A stretch of 64,000 nucleotides of DNA from assembly GCA_964016885.1 (NCBI GenBank), contig OZ024740.1:134664001-134728000 (forward strand), in the 5' to 3' direction. Positions 38,919 through 53,822 of the stretch are shown piece by piece. Position 1 is the first letter of the stretch, and each line of letters begins with the position of its first letter. The notes beneath the pieces are model-generated. The model worked only from the letters and a program-made list of their open reading frames with translations, did not search any database and was not told the origin of the DNA. A program made the translations under genes and the position numbers. The DNA is from Eledone cirrhosa. Its lineage: Eukaryota.

Positions 38919-39820
38919 GGGCGGTGGATTGGCACCATCGGTAGAGGGTCGGTCCTTTATGATCTGAGTTCAAATCCCGCTGAGGTTAACTTTGCCTTTC
39001 ATCCTAACGGGGTAGATAAAATAAAGTACCAGTAACGCACTGGGGTTGATTTAATCGACTCTCCCCTCCCCCCAAAATTGCTGGCCTAGTGCCTATATAA
39101 GAAACCAATATATATATATATAATGTGAAAATGAAATAAAACTATTTTAACCCGTCAAATCACCTCTATCAAGTGCTCTTTAAGTGCTCGAACTTGGACT
39201 TCAAATCTTGGACTGAAATCTCATTACAACATGGCAGACAGTGATATATTTAAGTAGTTAAGAATTTGTCTTTCATTATTAAAGTCACGGGCGGTGGATT
39301 GGCAGTATCGGTAGAGGGTCGGACGCCATGCTTTCCAGCATAGTTACGTCCCTTTACGATCTCAGTTCAAATCCCGCTGAGGTTGACTTTGCCTTTCATC
39401 CTTACGGGGTCGATAGAATAAAGTACCAGTAATGCACTGGGTAATTGCTGGTCTTGTGCCTAAAGTAGAAACAATTATTAAATTTAAGGTGATTTCAAAT
39501 CCTGTCGAGGTTAGCTTTATCTTTATTTTTACGGGGTTTATAAAATAAAGTGCCAGTCACGTACTTGGATCGGTGTAATCTACTTTCCTCTCCCCAAAAA
39601 TTGTTGACCTTGTGCCTAAATCAGAAGCCATTATTAAATTGAAAAGGCAGTGAATTGGCAGTATCAGTAGAGCGTATGAGATCATAGTTTGTGGTATATA
39701 ATTACGTCCCTTTACGTTCTGAGTTCAAATTCCACCGAGCTTAGCTTTACTTTTCATCCTTATGGGGTCGATAAAATAAAGTACCAGTAACAGCCCCTTA
39801 CCCTCAAAAAAATTGAAACC
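38919..39820 (+). mobile_element. SINE family A cluster (4 copies)
   Basis: Consensus matches at 38919, 39289, ~39490 and 39645. Confidence 0.85.
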
Positions 39821-40419
39821 ATTATTAAATTGAAAGTTAGTAAATTCTCTAAACATCTCGTTATTCGTTATTATAATAATATAATTGATACACAGAGACA
39901 ATACATCATTATTAAAAAGTTGGCCACAAAATGAATAACACTTTGTGGCCAACTACAAATGATTGATAATCTGTGGAATGTTTAAATATCCAAATGTGAA
40001 AAATTACAAAGTTATTTGAAATGATCACTGCAACTAACATTGAATGGATGGGGCAATAGAGCAAGCAATTTCTATATAGACTAAAACAGTCTCTGCTGAC
40101 ATATGTCATAATTGTTGCTAAACTTAAGCAAGCAGATTTATTGTCATAAATGTTTCTAAACGTAAGCAAGTAAATTTATTTACAAAAATAAGCCTCAAGC
40201 ACGCTGTAACATTAGTCTACATGATAAATATGAAACGGGGAGTTTACTAAAAAAACAAAATTCACATCAAACACGTATGAAAATACCTAATTAGCGCTGC
40301 GGTAGGTCCTGTTTTATCAAACGAGAGTTGCGACTTGCTTCGTAAGTAAGCTTCAACAAACAAATAATTTTCCTGAAACTATTTCGCAAATATATATATA
40401 ATGGTCAGGAACAGGTATG

Positions 40420-40900
40420 CCATCCGGGACACGGGAGTGCAGTAAATGACTGGAAATGTACAGCATAGCCCGCAAAATCGAAAAAGAAACCATCCAGAAA
40501 TCATCTGCAATAATGGCATGTGAATTAAATTTGATGGAATTCACCATGTCATTTGAAAGTAGAATAGAAAAAGCTCTTGCCTTTAAGCCTGAGAAGTATG
40601 TTAGTCTAGCCAGCAACCCAAGGGAAGTTCTTGCCATAAAGGTTTAAGCAAGAGGGTCTGTAGGTAAATCTGACTACAATCTCACGAAACAGATCTTAAT
40701 TTCTAGGGAAAAGAGAACCAAAAACAAAAGAGAAGAGTTCTAGCTGGATCTGGCAGAGGAAGAACAGAAGCAATCCCCATGCCATTTAAATGCCTCAAAG
40801 AGAAGCCATCAATATTCAAGTGTTTAAAAGGCGCCAAAAGAGGGTCACCCAGGAGTCGTGATCTTAGGGTGTAAGGAGTTAAGAAACGAAACCTTTGCAT
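40420..40900 (+). mobile_element. Degraded HERO/NeSL-like non-LTR 3' end (restriction-like endonuclease)
   Basis: MEFTMSFESRIEKALAFKPEKY..LAIKV*ARGSVGKS resembles ELTVP.E.RIE.A...K..KY..EVG.RG.VG.S. Confidence 0.55.
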
Positions 40901-41224
40901 GAAAAAGGCGTTTTCTCTAAAGATTTTGTTGTTCAACTTTCCCTAGTTTATTACTCACACACGCACACACAAACCCCCACCCCACCACCCCCATCCCAAT
41001 GAGATCAATGCATTTGGGCAGAGTATATCATGGTGGCTGTCTACTCATTAGACGAACATGATCATCACCGACAGGTTGATTTGTACCTGATTGTTCCTAC
41101 GAACGGGAGATTGGCAGTGACTTTTGAAGCCGGCGAGAAATAGAGTTTGCCACAAAGACTGCAAACTAAATCCGTGTTTTCGGCATGAGGGTAAAACTAA
41201 ACATAATCTGTTGGCGGGTTATAA

Positions 41225-42700
41225 CTGGGTCTACATCTTCTCCTTTGCGAGCAGCTCTTTTAGTCTTTGCCCAGCTTATTTCCTGTGCATGGAATGTACA
41301 ACACCTTTTGTATATTTGTTTCCTTCACTTGTTTCTGTCACCAGCCTGTACTTCCCAATTGTGAAGGTCGAGATAGAATTGAGACAGTCCTTGAAACGTT
41401 TCTTAGGTTTTTGCTGAGACCTTTTTCCTTCAGCCAGCTCTCCGTAATGCATCTGTTTGGGGATACAACTAACGTCCATCCGTATCATATGTCCTGTCCA
41501 GCGAAGGCAGTGCTTGTGTATATGAGCTTCTATGCTGAGTGTATCAGCTAGTTCCAGTAACTCTGTGTATTCCAGCTCTGGAATATGTGAGACCCAGTGA
41601 ATACCCAAGATCAATCACGTGGAAGCGCTCCAGTACGTTTAAATGTGTCCTGTAAACCATCCATGTCTTGCAATAGTAACGAAGGCTTGTAAGAACACAG
41701 GCATTATAGACATCTATTTTCGTTTTCTTTCTCATGCGTTTCTGATTTCTTTTAAAGGTCTTTCTGAGACCACACGCGATCTTGAAGAGCAGAAAAGGGT
41801 CAGTGGCTTTCTTAAGTCGGAGAGATATTTCATCATCAAGAGAGCAGTGATGTATTACCTTACCACCGAGATAGGTAAAGTTGTCAACAACTTTCAGCTT
41901 CTTCCCATCATCGTAGATGGAAGGTTCCACATAGGCTGTACATGATGCTGGTTAAAACATGACATCTGTTTTATCGAGACTGATTGTCAGACCAAAGGTT
42001 TTGCATGTCTGAGCAACCTGTTCATGAAACACTGCATAACAGAGGCAGTATGCGAGACCTGGTCGCAGTCATCGGTGCAGAGAGGATCGCGGACAAGAGT
42101 TAGGACTTTCGATTCAGCAGCAAAGCGACGTATGTTGAAAAGCTTGCCTGTACTGCGATATCACACCTTGGTTACACACCTTGGTTACAATTCTTGGAGG
42201 CATCATTAAGATCAATAGAGAAGATGGAAAACAAAGTCGGTACAACCAGGTCTCCTTGTTTAACACTGTTCTCTACTTTTATCGGTTCAAACATAATGCC
42301 TCCAACATTGACAGAAGCCTCCATGTTATCATGGAAGGGCTTGACGAAGTGTTGGGGTCAGCTCAGCTTTCCAAGGATAACCCAGAGTACTTCTCTCTTG
42401 ACCATATCAAAGGCCCTGTAAGATCAACAAAAACTTGATATATGCACCATCTCTGTTCTACGTAGTTTCTCTGTTTGCTCTAAAGCTGCACTGTGAATCT
42501 GGGAGAACGCTAAGAGAGATATGGGAGTTCAGTCTGGACAGGATTTCACAAAACAAGATCTTTCCGGCTATGCATAGAAGAGTTATGCCTCTGTTCAGGG
42601 GCAACTTTGCCCTTGTACAGAGGAATCACAATAGCATCTCTCCATTCCTTTGGGATTTCTCCAACCATTCAGATATTCGAAATAACACTATGCATGACAT
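41225..42700 (-). mobile_element. RTE (BovB-like) LINE fragment
   Basis: LKVVDNFTYLG..SLDDEISLRLKKA; LRWTGHMIRM..PKQMHYGELAEGKRS..KKRFKD. Confidence 0.9.
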
Positions 42701-42899
42701 CGGTCAAGTGGTCTCCTCCAAACCGAGAGATCTCAGCGAAGAGTCCGTCTCGACCAGCTGTGTTTCCAAATTTAGTTTAGCAATGAAGTTACGTACCTCT
42801 TCCGAGGAAAGTGACGCATCCATTGTGTAGACAATGAAACTGCAGCATCCACATGAGTTCTGAAAAGTTTTCTTTCCATCGACTGGTACTACCATTTAA

Positions 42900-43582
42900 C
42901 ATACATACATACATACATACATACATACATACATACATACATACATACATACATACATACATACATACATACATGGTGGCTGCCAACTCGTTTTCAAGTA
43001 CGGCCACTACTCTATATCCATGTAGGAGAACCCCTACCGAAGCGCTGAACGAGTGTGACTTTTTAGTCCAGCCAGCGACTTGAAAACTCTGGTACAAACA
43101 CTACACTTGTCACAATTATTGACACATAGTGCTGGGCCCAAGGTACCATGTGACAACAAGTGCAGAGAGATCTCCAGATATAAAGCAATGCCTGTGCCGT
43201 GAAGCTTTTATAGTGAGCAAAGGCACTGCACAAAGCCAGTCTCCCTCTCTTAACCAAGATGATATTTACCAAAAAGAAGAACAAGTCAATATCATTGGAT
43301 ACCATCAGGGTTGCAGGTGTTATATCAGAGTTTTCCTTCTCCTAGAATTCTGCCTTGACAAAGGCTAAGGGGTCATCTCTCCCGGTGATTTTGGATGGCC
43401 ATTGACTCTTAAGAGCTCCTTTGCCCTTTGACAGGTTTTGTTTTTAGTCCTGCAGGATGTCCAAAGTCACCCTCCTCACCAAGAAACCTTGGTGGGGTTG
43501 CCGGTTTAGTCGCCAACGACCCGACCATGAGACAGGTTGTACTGGGATACATGTTACCAGTAGCACCAACTGGTGACCTGAC
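42900..43582 (-). mobile_element. Family C non-autonomous RTE-related element, longest copy, (ATGT)n tail
   Basis: Related copies at 14440-14858, 43900-44130, 44257-44448, 48636-49147 and 54960-55082. Confidence 0.78.
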
Positions 43583-43702
43583 ATACATACATACATACAT
43601 ACAGACAGACAGACAGACAGACAGACAGAAATGATGGCTGCCCCATCCTTATCGAGTATGGCCATTACACGATATACCATTATTAATAATTATTAATTAA
43701 TT

Positions 43703-43884
43703 CTGGATTGGCAGTATCGGTAGAGGGTCGGACGCCATGCTTTCCAGCATAGTTACGTCCCTTTACGATCTGAGTTCAAATCCCGCCGAGGTTGACTTTG
43801 CCTTTCATCCTTACGGAGTCGATAAAATAAAGTACCAGTAATGCACTGGGTAATTGCTGGCCTTGTGCCTAAAGTAGAAACAAT
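43703..43884 (+). mobile_element. SINE family A (short-tail subfamily)
   Basis: Nearly identical to 39295-39475. Confidence 0.9.
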
Positions 43885-46258
43885 TAATTAATTCTATCGT
43901 GCAATGCCTTTGCGTGAAGATATTTTTTAAAGTGAGGAAAGACTGTGCACTGAGCCAATCCCACTCTCTGAGCGACAGTAGCTATAACCCGAAAAGAAGA
44001 AAAGATCAACATCATCGGTAACTACTGAGCCGCAGGTTTTATATCGGAATCATCCCAGTTTCCTGAGTTGCCTTCTCCTAGAAGAATGCCCTGACAAAGG
44101 CTAGGGGTCCTTCACTCCCAGTGGTTTAACCGCGCGATCGGGTGTCCAGTCCGACTATTTCTATGTCCTCGCGCATATACATACACATGCACCCATTTAT
44201 ATACACATATACATATACATACATATGTACATGTGTATATACATGTTTACACACTTTTGGATGGCCGTTGACTCTTATGAGTTCTTCCGCCCTTTGTCAG
44301 GTTTTGTTTTTTGTCCTGCAGGGTGTCCAAAATCACCCTCCTCACCAAGTAAACTTGGTGGGCTTGCCGGTTTAGTCGCCGACGATCCAACCAGGACACA
44401 GGTTGTACTGGGTCACATGTTACCAATAGCACTGAATAATAACCCGACGTATACATACATTTGTATACACATTTATAGATGTACTCGTATGTAAATTCAT
44501 ATACTCACACACACACATACATATATTTAGTGTGTGTTGAGCAGGGATAAACACTAAAACCAAAACTTATAAGAACAGTAGGTAGGTAGGCAAATAGCTC
44601 GTCTGATAGAAAATAAAGAATACAATAGCACTACAAAATACACTGTTTTATGAAGCACAACAATAAATTTTATTATCAGCTAATTTGTTTGGATGTGTTA
44701 ATCTAGTTTGTGTTTATATGTATTTTTGCCTTTCTTAATTTCGATACTTTTTTCTGTTTTTGTTGTTTTTTGTTTCATTTATTATTTTTCCCCCCTTCAA
44801 ATTACCGACTTCCCATTAGACCTTGTTTTCATACACCAAACTGACAGGGCGATTAAAATCAAAACACACGCTTTTGTTCACACTAATGTAATGCTATGTT
44901 CTTTCTGTGTATGACATGTTCCTCTCGTTATTTTTTCTTCCATTTTTTTTTTCAATTTTGTTACCGGTTTAAATAATTTCTTTTACAGATTTTGACAATA
45001 TTTTTTGGCGACTCAGCTAAATCTAACTAAAATAATAATAAAAATAAAACAATAAGTGACAGCCTCTTCATATTTCATTTGGGTTTTTGTTTGTCTTTTG
45101 TTGTTATTGTTGTCGTTTAAACATTGACGTTTGCCGCCAGATTCCAGTGAGGAAAAAGTCTTAGAGAAAGAAATGTGAAACATACAGACTCAGTAACTAT
45201 TTTGAAATTTATTCTGAAATATATACTAAGTTTCAGAAGAGTTAACTTAGACATGTTAAAACATCTAAAGAAAATATACTGAGTGACTCTTAATTCAGGT
45301 TTGTCAACCTTCACACATTATGCGAGAATTTCCAGCATTTATCTTCTCATCACGAATTTTGCCTAAAATTCCAACAATATATGAGGTCTCTACATTTACG
45401 ATATTTTCCCGTGTTTCGCTCCACAATTTTTTATTCGAGCCGGCTTCCGGCTTATTCCGAAGGCTGCAGAAAGAGGTTTGCTGTTGTTTCTTTAAAAAGG
45501 GCCTGCTTTTAATTATGTAACCAATATATGTATGTGTGTGTAGCGAAATCTCCTCATACATACTGACCCCCGAATGACATCTGGCTGCTATTTCTCTTTA
45601 TCTCGGTTGACGTCAGTAGTCTGGTGAGGCTGGCCAGCTTGAGGTGAAGTGAGATAAGTTTTTTCTTTGGGTCATTCGACTCTGGTTCCTCAGAAGAGAA
45701 GCTTCACTTTGAGTTGCTCAAGTAAATAGCGAGGTGTAGCCCTTAACAATAAGATTTCAGCCCTGTCGTCAAGGGCCCCTACAGCAATTCTTCCATCAGC
45801 ACTTCAACCACACAGAGTCATCGGCCTCTTCATATAGACAACACAGCTTCCTTGCACTGCGAGCTTACTACTACGTATGCTGACTGACTACAACTTGTCA
45901 CTTTTTAATCGAACGTATTAAACAAAGATTCTGAGCACTGTATTTATTTGTGAATACTGCCATCAAACTTTATATTTATGATTCGAAGTATTCATATTAT
46001 TTTTCTTTTTTTCTGAAGAGAAGAATTATTGGTATTTGTCGTGTTTATCATCCTCTTCAATAACAACCAAAAACTTCGCTTCGTGTGTGTGTGTGTGTGT
46101 GAAAAATAAATGTAAAAAAAAACAACAGACATTGAGCAGCTGCTGAGGAATATCGACGTTATCGAACCCCATCAAGGTTTCTTCATACTCAGGAACTACC
46201 TGTCTATTCCTAAGCTTCTGTATCTGCTCAGGGTTAGCCCCTCTCACAGATTTCCGCC

Positions 46259-47042
46259 ATGCCTCCAACGCTTCGACGACCTAGTCGAAGTCAGAGAGCT
46301 TGGGACAGCATAAGTTCGAAGGCCACTTTCGACTCCCTCTTCGTCCAGTCAGATCAGTTTGTAAGGTGCCGCTTACTATCTGCCAGCGCCAAATACTCAG
46401 GCGACTGGGTCGATGCCCTACCCGTGGCCAACGTTGGTGGCCTACTCAGCCTGAACGAACTTCGTGTCTCCATCGCCCTCAGAGTGGGCGCTGACGTCTG
46501 CATGGGTTTGAGGTGCCGATGCGGCAAACTCTTCGACTCTACAGGCCTTCACGGTCTTTCTTGCCGCCTGAATGCCGGCCGCTTCGCGCGTCACACGGAG
46601 CTAAACCTCATTCTGAAGAGAGCTTTGGCCCGGGCGAATATCCCCTCAGTCTTGGAACCATCTGGGTTGTCCAGAAGTGACGGCAAGAGACCTGACGGTC
46701 TTACCCTGTGCCCCTGGTCGAGAGGCAGGTGCCTTGTCTGGGACGTCACTTTCCCACATCCTGGATGCTTCGGTTAGGACGAGAGTCACAGCTTCTGCAG
46801 TCGAGCGGAGTAAGACCCTCAAATACTCTGATCTGTCGGCCAGCTACATTTTTAAGCCTGTGGCTTTCGAGATGTTTGGGGGAGTCGGGCCGCTGACTGC
46901 GAGGTTCCTTTCCTCACTGGTGGCTCGCCTAATAGAGGGGACTGGCGAATCTGGCGGGGGTGCTTGGCTGTTTCAGCGCATCAGCCTCGCCATCACCCGA
47001 GGCAACGCTGTGAGTGTGCTGGCTTGCTTCAAAAATCATTAG
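46259..47042 (+). mobile_element. CRE-like non-LTR retrotransposon 3' fragment (CCHC zinc knuckle + restriction-like endonuclease)
   Basis: CRCG..GLHGLSC, RHTELN, DGKRPDG, WDVT, KTLKY, FEMFG, LFQRISLAITRGNA; one frameshift near 46750. Confidence 0.88.
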
Positions 47043-47500
47043 AGAGGTTGCCCAGTACTCGCGACGTTGCTGTCTTTTGCTCTAGTGTAGGCTCAGTTGT
47101 TCACCCCTTCCTTTACATTTTCTTTAATATTGTAGCATTGAAGGAATATATCTTTCATTATATCATCCTTTGTAGTGTTGCCGAGGCATTTGTAAAGTTA
47201 TTTATGTATATATTTAAAACATATTTGTTACTAATAATTAATCCTATATGTAATTGGCAACTATTGATTTAAATAGTATTGTTTATAATATTTATAATTC
47301 TAAACATTATATAAAATGCATATACAGATGCTGATATGCAATTAAGTTATAACAACACTCCGTCGTGCATACACTTTCATGATAACATCATAACGGTGGA
47401 ACTACACACCGCCGAGTGATCAATCCTGCTTACGCAAATAAGTATTTAAAAACTGACAATAGATTTATTAACACAGAATTACCATAACACATATATGTAT

Positions 47501-48635
<1,135 letters not shown>

Positions 48636-49051
48636 TGGTGGCTGCAACTCGATTACAAGTAATACCATCGCTTGATACTTAAGCACGGACGTGGCTTTTT
48701 AGTCCTGCCAAGGATTTGCCTATGACCAGCAATACCTTGCATCGCAAAAATAGGTCACAAGTGATACCTGTGCTTGAAGCTTTTTTAAGTGAGGAAATGC
48801 TTTGCACGGAGCCAATCCCATCGAATGCATTTACCCAAAGGACATCATTGGTCTTCATCATTGGATGCAAACAATGTCGCAGGTTTTATATCAATGACCT
48901 TCTAGAGAGTTGTTTTAATGAAAACTGAATCTCTTGGTCCACACAAAAAAAAACTATTGGATGGCCGTTGACTCTCCTGAGTTCCACAGCCCTTTGACAG
49001 GTTTTGTTTTTTCCTACTGCAGAGTGTCCAAAATCACCCTCCTCACCAATC

Positions 49052-49423
49052 AAGCTTGGTGGGGTTACCGGTTTAGTCGCCGACGAACCGACCATGCACA
49101 GATTGTACTGAGTTACATGTTACCAGTAGCGTGAATAGTGACCTGACATAATATATATTAATACACACACAGCATAGATTATTAATTGTTTCTACAAGAC
49201 CAGAAATTATCCTAGTGTATTACTGGTACTTTATTTTATCGACCCCGTAAGGATGAAAGGCAAAGTTACGGGGTCGATAAAATAAAGTACTAGTAATGCA
49301 CTGGGATAATTGCTGGCCTTGTGCCAAAAGTAGAAACAATTAATAATCTATGCTGTGTGTGTATTAATAGAATCTGTGCATGGCCGGTTCGTCGGCGACT
49401 AAACCGGTAACCGCACCAAGCTT
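49052..49423. repeat. Fold-back inverted duplication of family C + SINE A sequence
   Basis: 49052-49250 is mirrored at 49266-49423 with deletions. Confidence 0.8.
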
Positions 49424-49719
49424 TAATGATGGCTGAATGGTTACGGCTGGACGACTGTTATTTCTTATAATAGTTATTAAGGAGACAATACACAATGTAT
49501 GAACACAAACTGAGGTAAGTAACAGCGTGTAAACAGGAATTAAGTTTATTTCATCGTTTGCTGTTTCGTTTTACTTTGTAATTTTATTTTCAACATATCG
49601 ATACAATAGGTATTAACTTTCTTCCTGTTCCACCGTTCACCTATGATTTCCTTGTGGAGTGTTTTTGTGTTCTTCAGAATCACTTGTACAAAATATGCTG
49701 CTCCTACCTCTGCTGGTAG

Positions 49720-49910
49720 CAGACCTGTCAACTCTCCTCATCGGACGGGGAGATCTCCCACCCACTTTGGGGTGGGAGATGTCTTATCTTGTGAAAATGG
49801 GTATAACTTTCAGTATGTAAAATCTCCCCATTTTGACTCATTTCTCCCCGTTTGGGGGCACTTTTTTTCATGGTACTCCCCGTTTGGGTTTTTGGAGATT
49901 GGCAGGTCTG
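49720..49910. mobile_element. MITE with CAGACCTG(T/C)CAA TIRs
   Basis: Sibling in opposite orientation at 56600-56788; no clear TSD. Confidence 0.75.
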
Positions 49911-51276
49911 TTATTCGTTCGAAAACATCCCCTATGTTTGCTATCTTAGCAGGCTGCTCTGTCATATTTCCCCAATTTTAACTTGATTTTATAAAAAGAC
50001 CTGTTCATTACTTTACTAGACAGTGAATTTACATTCTTTTCTTGAACTTCTAGGTAAATTTATAAAATTAGTTATTTTAGATAAAATGTTTTATTTGAAG
50101 AAAAATCATATTAGCTGTATAGGTGTCTTTATTGGGATTATAACTGAGTATTTTATGGTCCCGTAACTTCTGTTGGAGTCGTAGGGGCGCCGTAGTGACA
50201 TACGGCGTTTCTTGGGCATTTTAAGTTAGGCGGAGCCCATCCTTGTCCCGGTATGAATACAGCAGACTTCTTCCAGAGAACGACAGAAAGTGAGAGAGAA
50301 GAAGCGAGAAAGAGATATAGAAGAATCGACCTCAGACTGGTACTTCTGTTATCGACATAGAAAGGATGAAAGGCAAAGTTGACCTCGGTATAAATGAGCA
50401 TATGGTTCTGAATTCTGGGAGGCTGATCAAATAAAATTTTTTTTTTTTTTTTTTGAGAAAATTCTTCCAATAAGGAGGAGAATAATGAGATTGCTTAATA
50501 CAACTTTCTCTGAGTCCACCTGTATACTTATTTTTTTCACATAAGGGAACTGAAGAGTTTAGAAATCATTAAAAAGATTCCACTTTTGAATAATGGGCCC
50601 GGGAGGAGCAGCTATTCCTCCTGTACCCACCTTATGCCATTGATCTAAATGTGTATTTATATGCTAAATCCTCAATACATTACCCCTGTTATAGACTACA
50701 TAAATATGAAATATATTTTTCCATCCATGCCATGACGATGATGATGATAACATTAGAAATAATAAAATTGCAAAGATGTTATCTTAAATAGGAATTTTAA
50801 ATTTTCAAACAGTCGATGAATGTAAAGAAAACATTAAACAGATATAAGTGTATGAAACCTTTGAGTTTATTATTCATATTTTATTTTCACTTCAAAGAGT
50901 GATGTACATGAATCATGAATTTTAGTGTTATGTATTCCAGATGCACATTAAGTTTGATAAAATATGAAATTTTATAACAAGCAAACTAGACGTTAAAAGA
51001 AAAGTTTTTTCTTGAAATGTGTTCAAAGTAAGCGTGTGAGTGTGTTTCAGCTTTGTTGGAAGGAAAACAAATTGAGTGCGGAGAAAATTCAAATATTCAC
51101 AATACAGCCTAAAAGAATTGGCCAGCAATTGACTTTATTTTAACATATACAGTGACCAGGTCGGGTATGTATGATGAAATACTGATATTATGTATATCAT
51201 TATTTGAAAAGCTGGCCTCGTGCCAAAAGTAGAAACAATTATTTGAAAAGCAAGGAAATGGACATTAAATAATGGT

Positions 51277-51873
51277 AATTGTTTCTACTTTTGGCGCAAG
51301 GCCAGCAATTACTCAGTACATTACTGGTACTTTATTTTATAGACCCCGTGAGTATGAAAGGCAAAGTTAACCTTGGCGGGATTTGAACTCAGAATGGCAA
51401 GGGCCGTAACTCAATGCATCAAAGCATGGCCTCCGACCCTCTACCGATACGATAATGATGATAAATAATAATATTATTAATAATGGTTTCTGATTTAGGC
51501 ACAAGGCCAACAATTTTTGGGGAGGGGAAAGTCGATTAAATCGACCCTAGTGCTTTATTTTATCGACCCCATAAAGATGAAAGGCAAAACTAATCTCGGC
51601 GGGATTTGAACTCAGAACGTAAAGGGCCTTACTCTATGCTGCAAAGCATGGTGTCCGACGTTCTACCGATATTATTATAAATAATTGTTTCTACTTTTGG
51701 CACAAGACCAGCAATTATCCCAGTGCATTACTGGTACTTTATTTTATCGACTCCATAAGGATGAAAGGCAAAGTTAACCTTGATGGGATTTCAACTCAGA
51801 ATGGCAAGGGCCGCAACTCTATGCGTCAAAGCATGGCGTCGGACCCTCTACCGATACTGCCAATCCACCGCCC
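51277..51873 (-). mobile_element. Three tandem SINE family A copies
   Basis: Consensus matches separated by (AAT)n. Confidence 0.88.
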
Positions 51874-52255
51874 TTTAATAATAATAGTTTCTAATGTGAG
51901 CATAAAGCCAGAAATTTATAAACGCAAAACTACTTCTGTGACGTGAGAATGATACGAACTCGCATTAGTAGTTTATTTAATTAAATAATTAAGTACGGTG
52001 GGTGGTGGATTGGCAGAATTGGCAGAGCATCGGATAAAATGTCATTACGATATTTGTTCTGGCTCTTTATATTTTGAGTTCAAACTCCGACAAGTTCAAC
52101 TTTGCCTTCCATTCTATTAGGGTAAGAAATGACGTACCAGTCACGTATGAGATAGGAAATGCATTGTATGATAAAGTATTATCCTTCTGTGGAGTAATTT
52201 AAAAAAAATATATATATATACAATATACAAGTGGAACCCGTTTCTTCTACAACAA

Positions 52256-52480
52256 CTACAACGGTACGCGATGGGGCCCACCCACAGCCCCGGCGGACAG
52301 AATGGAGAGGGCATTTCCCCGGAGGACGGCGAGGGAGACGCGCTGAAAGAGCCACTCCAACTCGCGGGGCTCACACCTGCGGCTGGCCATCTCAGCGCCT
52401 ATGGTGGTGAGTAAGGAGGTATCCCTGGGGCCGAGGACACCAGAAGTCTCCACTGCCAGGGGTACGACCGCAACCTGTCG
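52256..52480 (-). mobile_element. CRE-like retrotransposon 3' fragment
   Basis: PLAVETSGVLGP..WLFQRVSLAVLRGNALSIL; interrupts a SINE A (52000-52140 / 52495-52555). Confidence 0.8.
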
Positions 52481-52586
52481 GAGAGCGAGTGTTGGTGCAA
52501 TTGACTTTCCCATTCCCCATAAATTGTTGGCCTTATGTCTAAATTAGAAATCATTGACAGAATATAGATATACTATATATATATCA

Positions 52587-53070
52587 TTGTAGCGGCACTG
52601 AAAATTCGGCGGGCTTTAGCTGCTTTGAAAAGAAAGCAAGGGGTTGTTGCTGGTGATGCTGTTGCAACACTGCACCTACAGCTGTGTTTGATGTATCCAC
52701 GACCAGCGAAAACTGAGCACCAGACACAGGGTGTGCAAGCAGAGATGCGTTTGCTAATTTCAGTTTGGCTTTGGAGAATCCCTCAAGTTGTATGGGACCC
52801 AAAGCGATAGGTTCGTTCTTCCTCTTTCTGTCACGTAAGAGATCGGAGAGTGGAGCCAGGAGTTCTGTGCAATGCGGAATAAACCGGCAATAATAATTCA
52901 AGAGACCCAGGAACTGCCGCAGCTGTCGCAAGGAAGTAGGCGGAGGGAGTTCTTGAAGAGCCTTCACTTTCTCAGGAAGTGGGGATATTCCCTCTGAGTT
53001 GATCATGTGGCCCAAAAAGACGAGTGAAGCAGCGCCAAAAACACACTTCGCAGGGTTAATGCGAACAAGG
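52587..53070 (-). mobile_element. Ty3/Gypsy RT-RNase H fragment
   Basis: INPAKCVFG..FLGHMI..LRQFLGLLNYY..VDTSNTAVGAVLQQ..PLAFFSKQL. Confidence 0.9.
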
Positions 53071-53635
53071 TTAGAAGACATACTACGGAATAACTCATAC
53101 TATATTCTTCGTATTTTCCTATGAAGAGGAACTGAATATTATCAACGAGATGTATTCAAGATTTCCTGCATTGTTCTGGTACGGAATATTATCAACAAAG
53201 AGGTATTCAACATTTCCTGTATTGTTCTAGGAAGTTTCTTTCTAGCCTCAACCTACTGGCTAGTCACTGCTTTCATTTTTATATCCTCGTGTGTGTATAT
53301 ATAGTCGGCCTACAAACAATAAATATTTATATAACGAATCGAGTGTTGAAGACATAATTATTTATACATGGATATCAGAAGCCTGTCGTTGCAAGTATAA
53401 AGGAAGAACCACACTGACTAAGGTATTTCCGTATTATCTTACAAGGATTAAATTATACAATCATATGTGATACAACAAGTGCCGATAAATGTTTCAACTC
53501 GTAATTACTGAAAAGTATTAATAGGCATTTAACACTCCCTTTTTGTTATATCATCACCACCACCGTTTTACGTCTGTTTTCCAGTGTAATTTTGATCCAA
53601 AACAAACACAAATACCGCAAGGAAACTCATCTGAC

Positions 53636-53822
53636 CAGTGCTGGATTTACCATTGTGCTTAAGTGTGCTTAAGCACAGGGCCCCGTTGGCCAAGATGGCC
53701 CATCTTCATGCCAAAAAAATTGTTTACAATGAATTTTTCAAATGTTTTCCAAATGTCAAACGTTCAAAGGGGCTTCATAACTTAACTAGCACAGGGCCTC
53801 ATTTGTCCTAAATCCAGCACTG
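53636..53822. mobile_element. hAT MITE (sibling of 21437-21601) inserted in a SINE
   Basis: CAGTGCTGGATTTA / TAAATCCAGCACTG; TSD CATCTGAC / CATCTGCA. Confidence 0.85.

Noticed and set aside
42797-42859. Possible minus-strand exon (ttttcag|...|gtacgt)
   Set aside because: No recognisable protein; lies between repeats
45540-45995. Possible solo LTR (also 47280-47490 and 53085-53435)
   Set aside because: TG/CA ends, TSD and PBS/PPT could not be established
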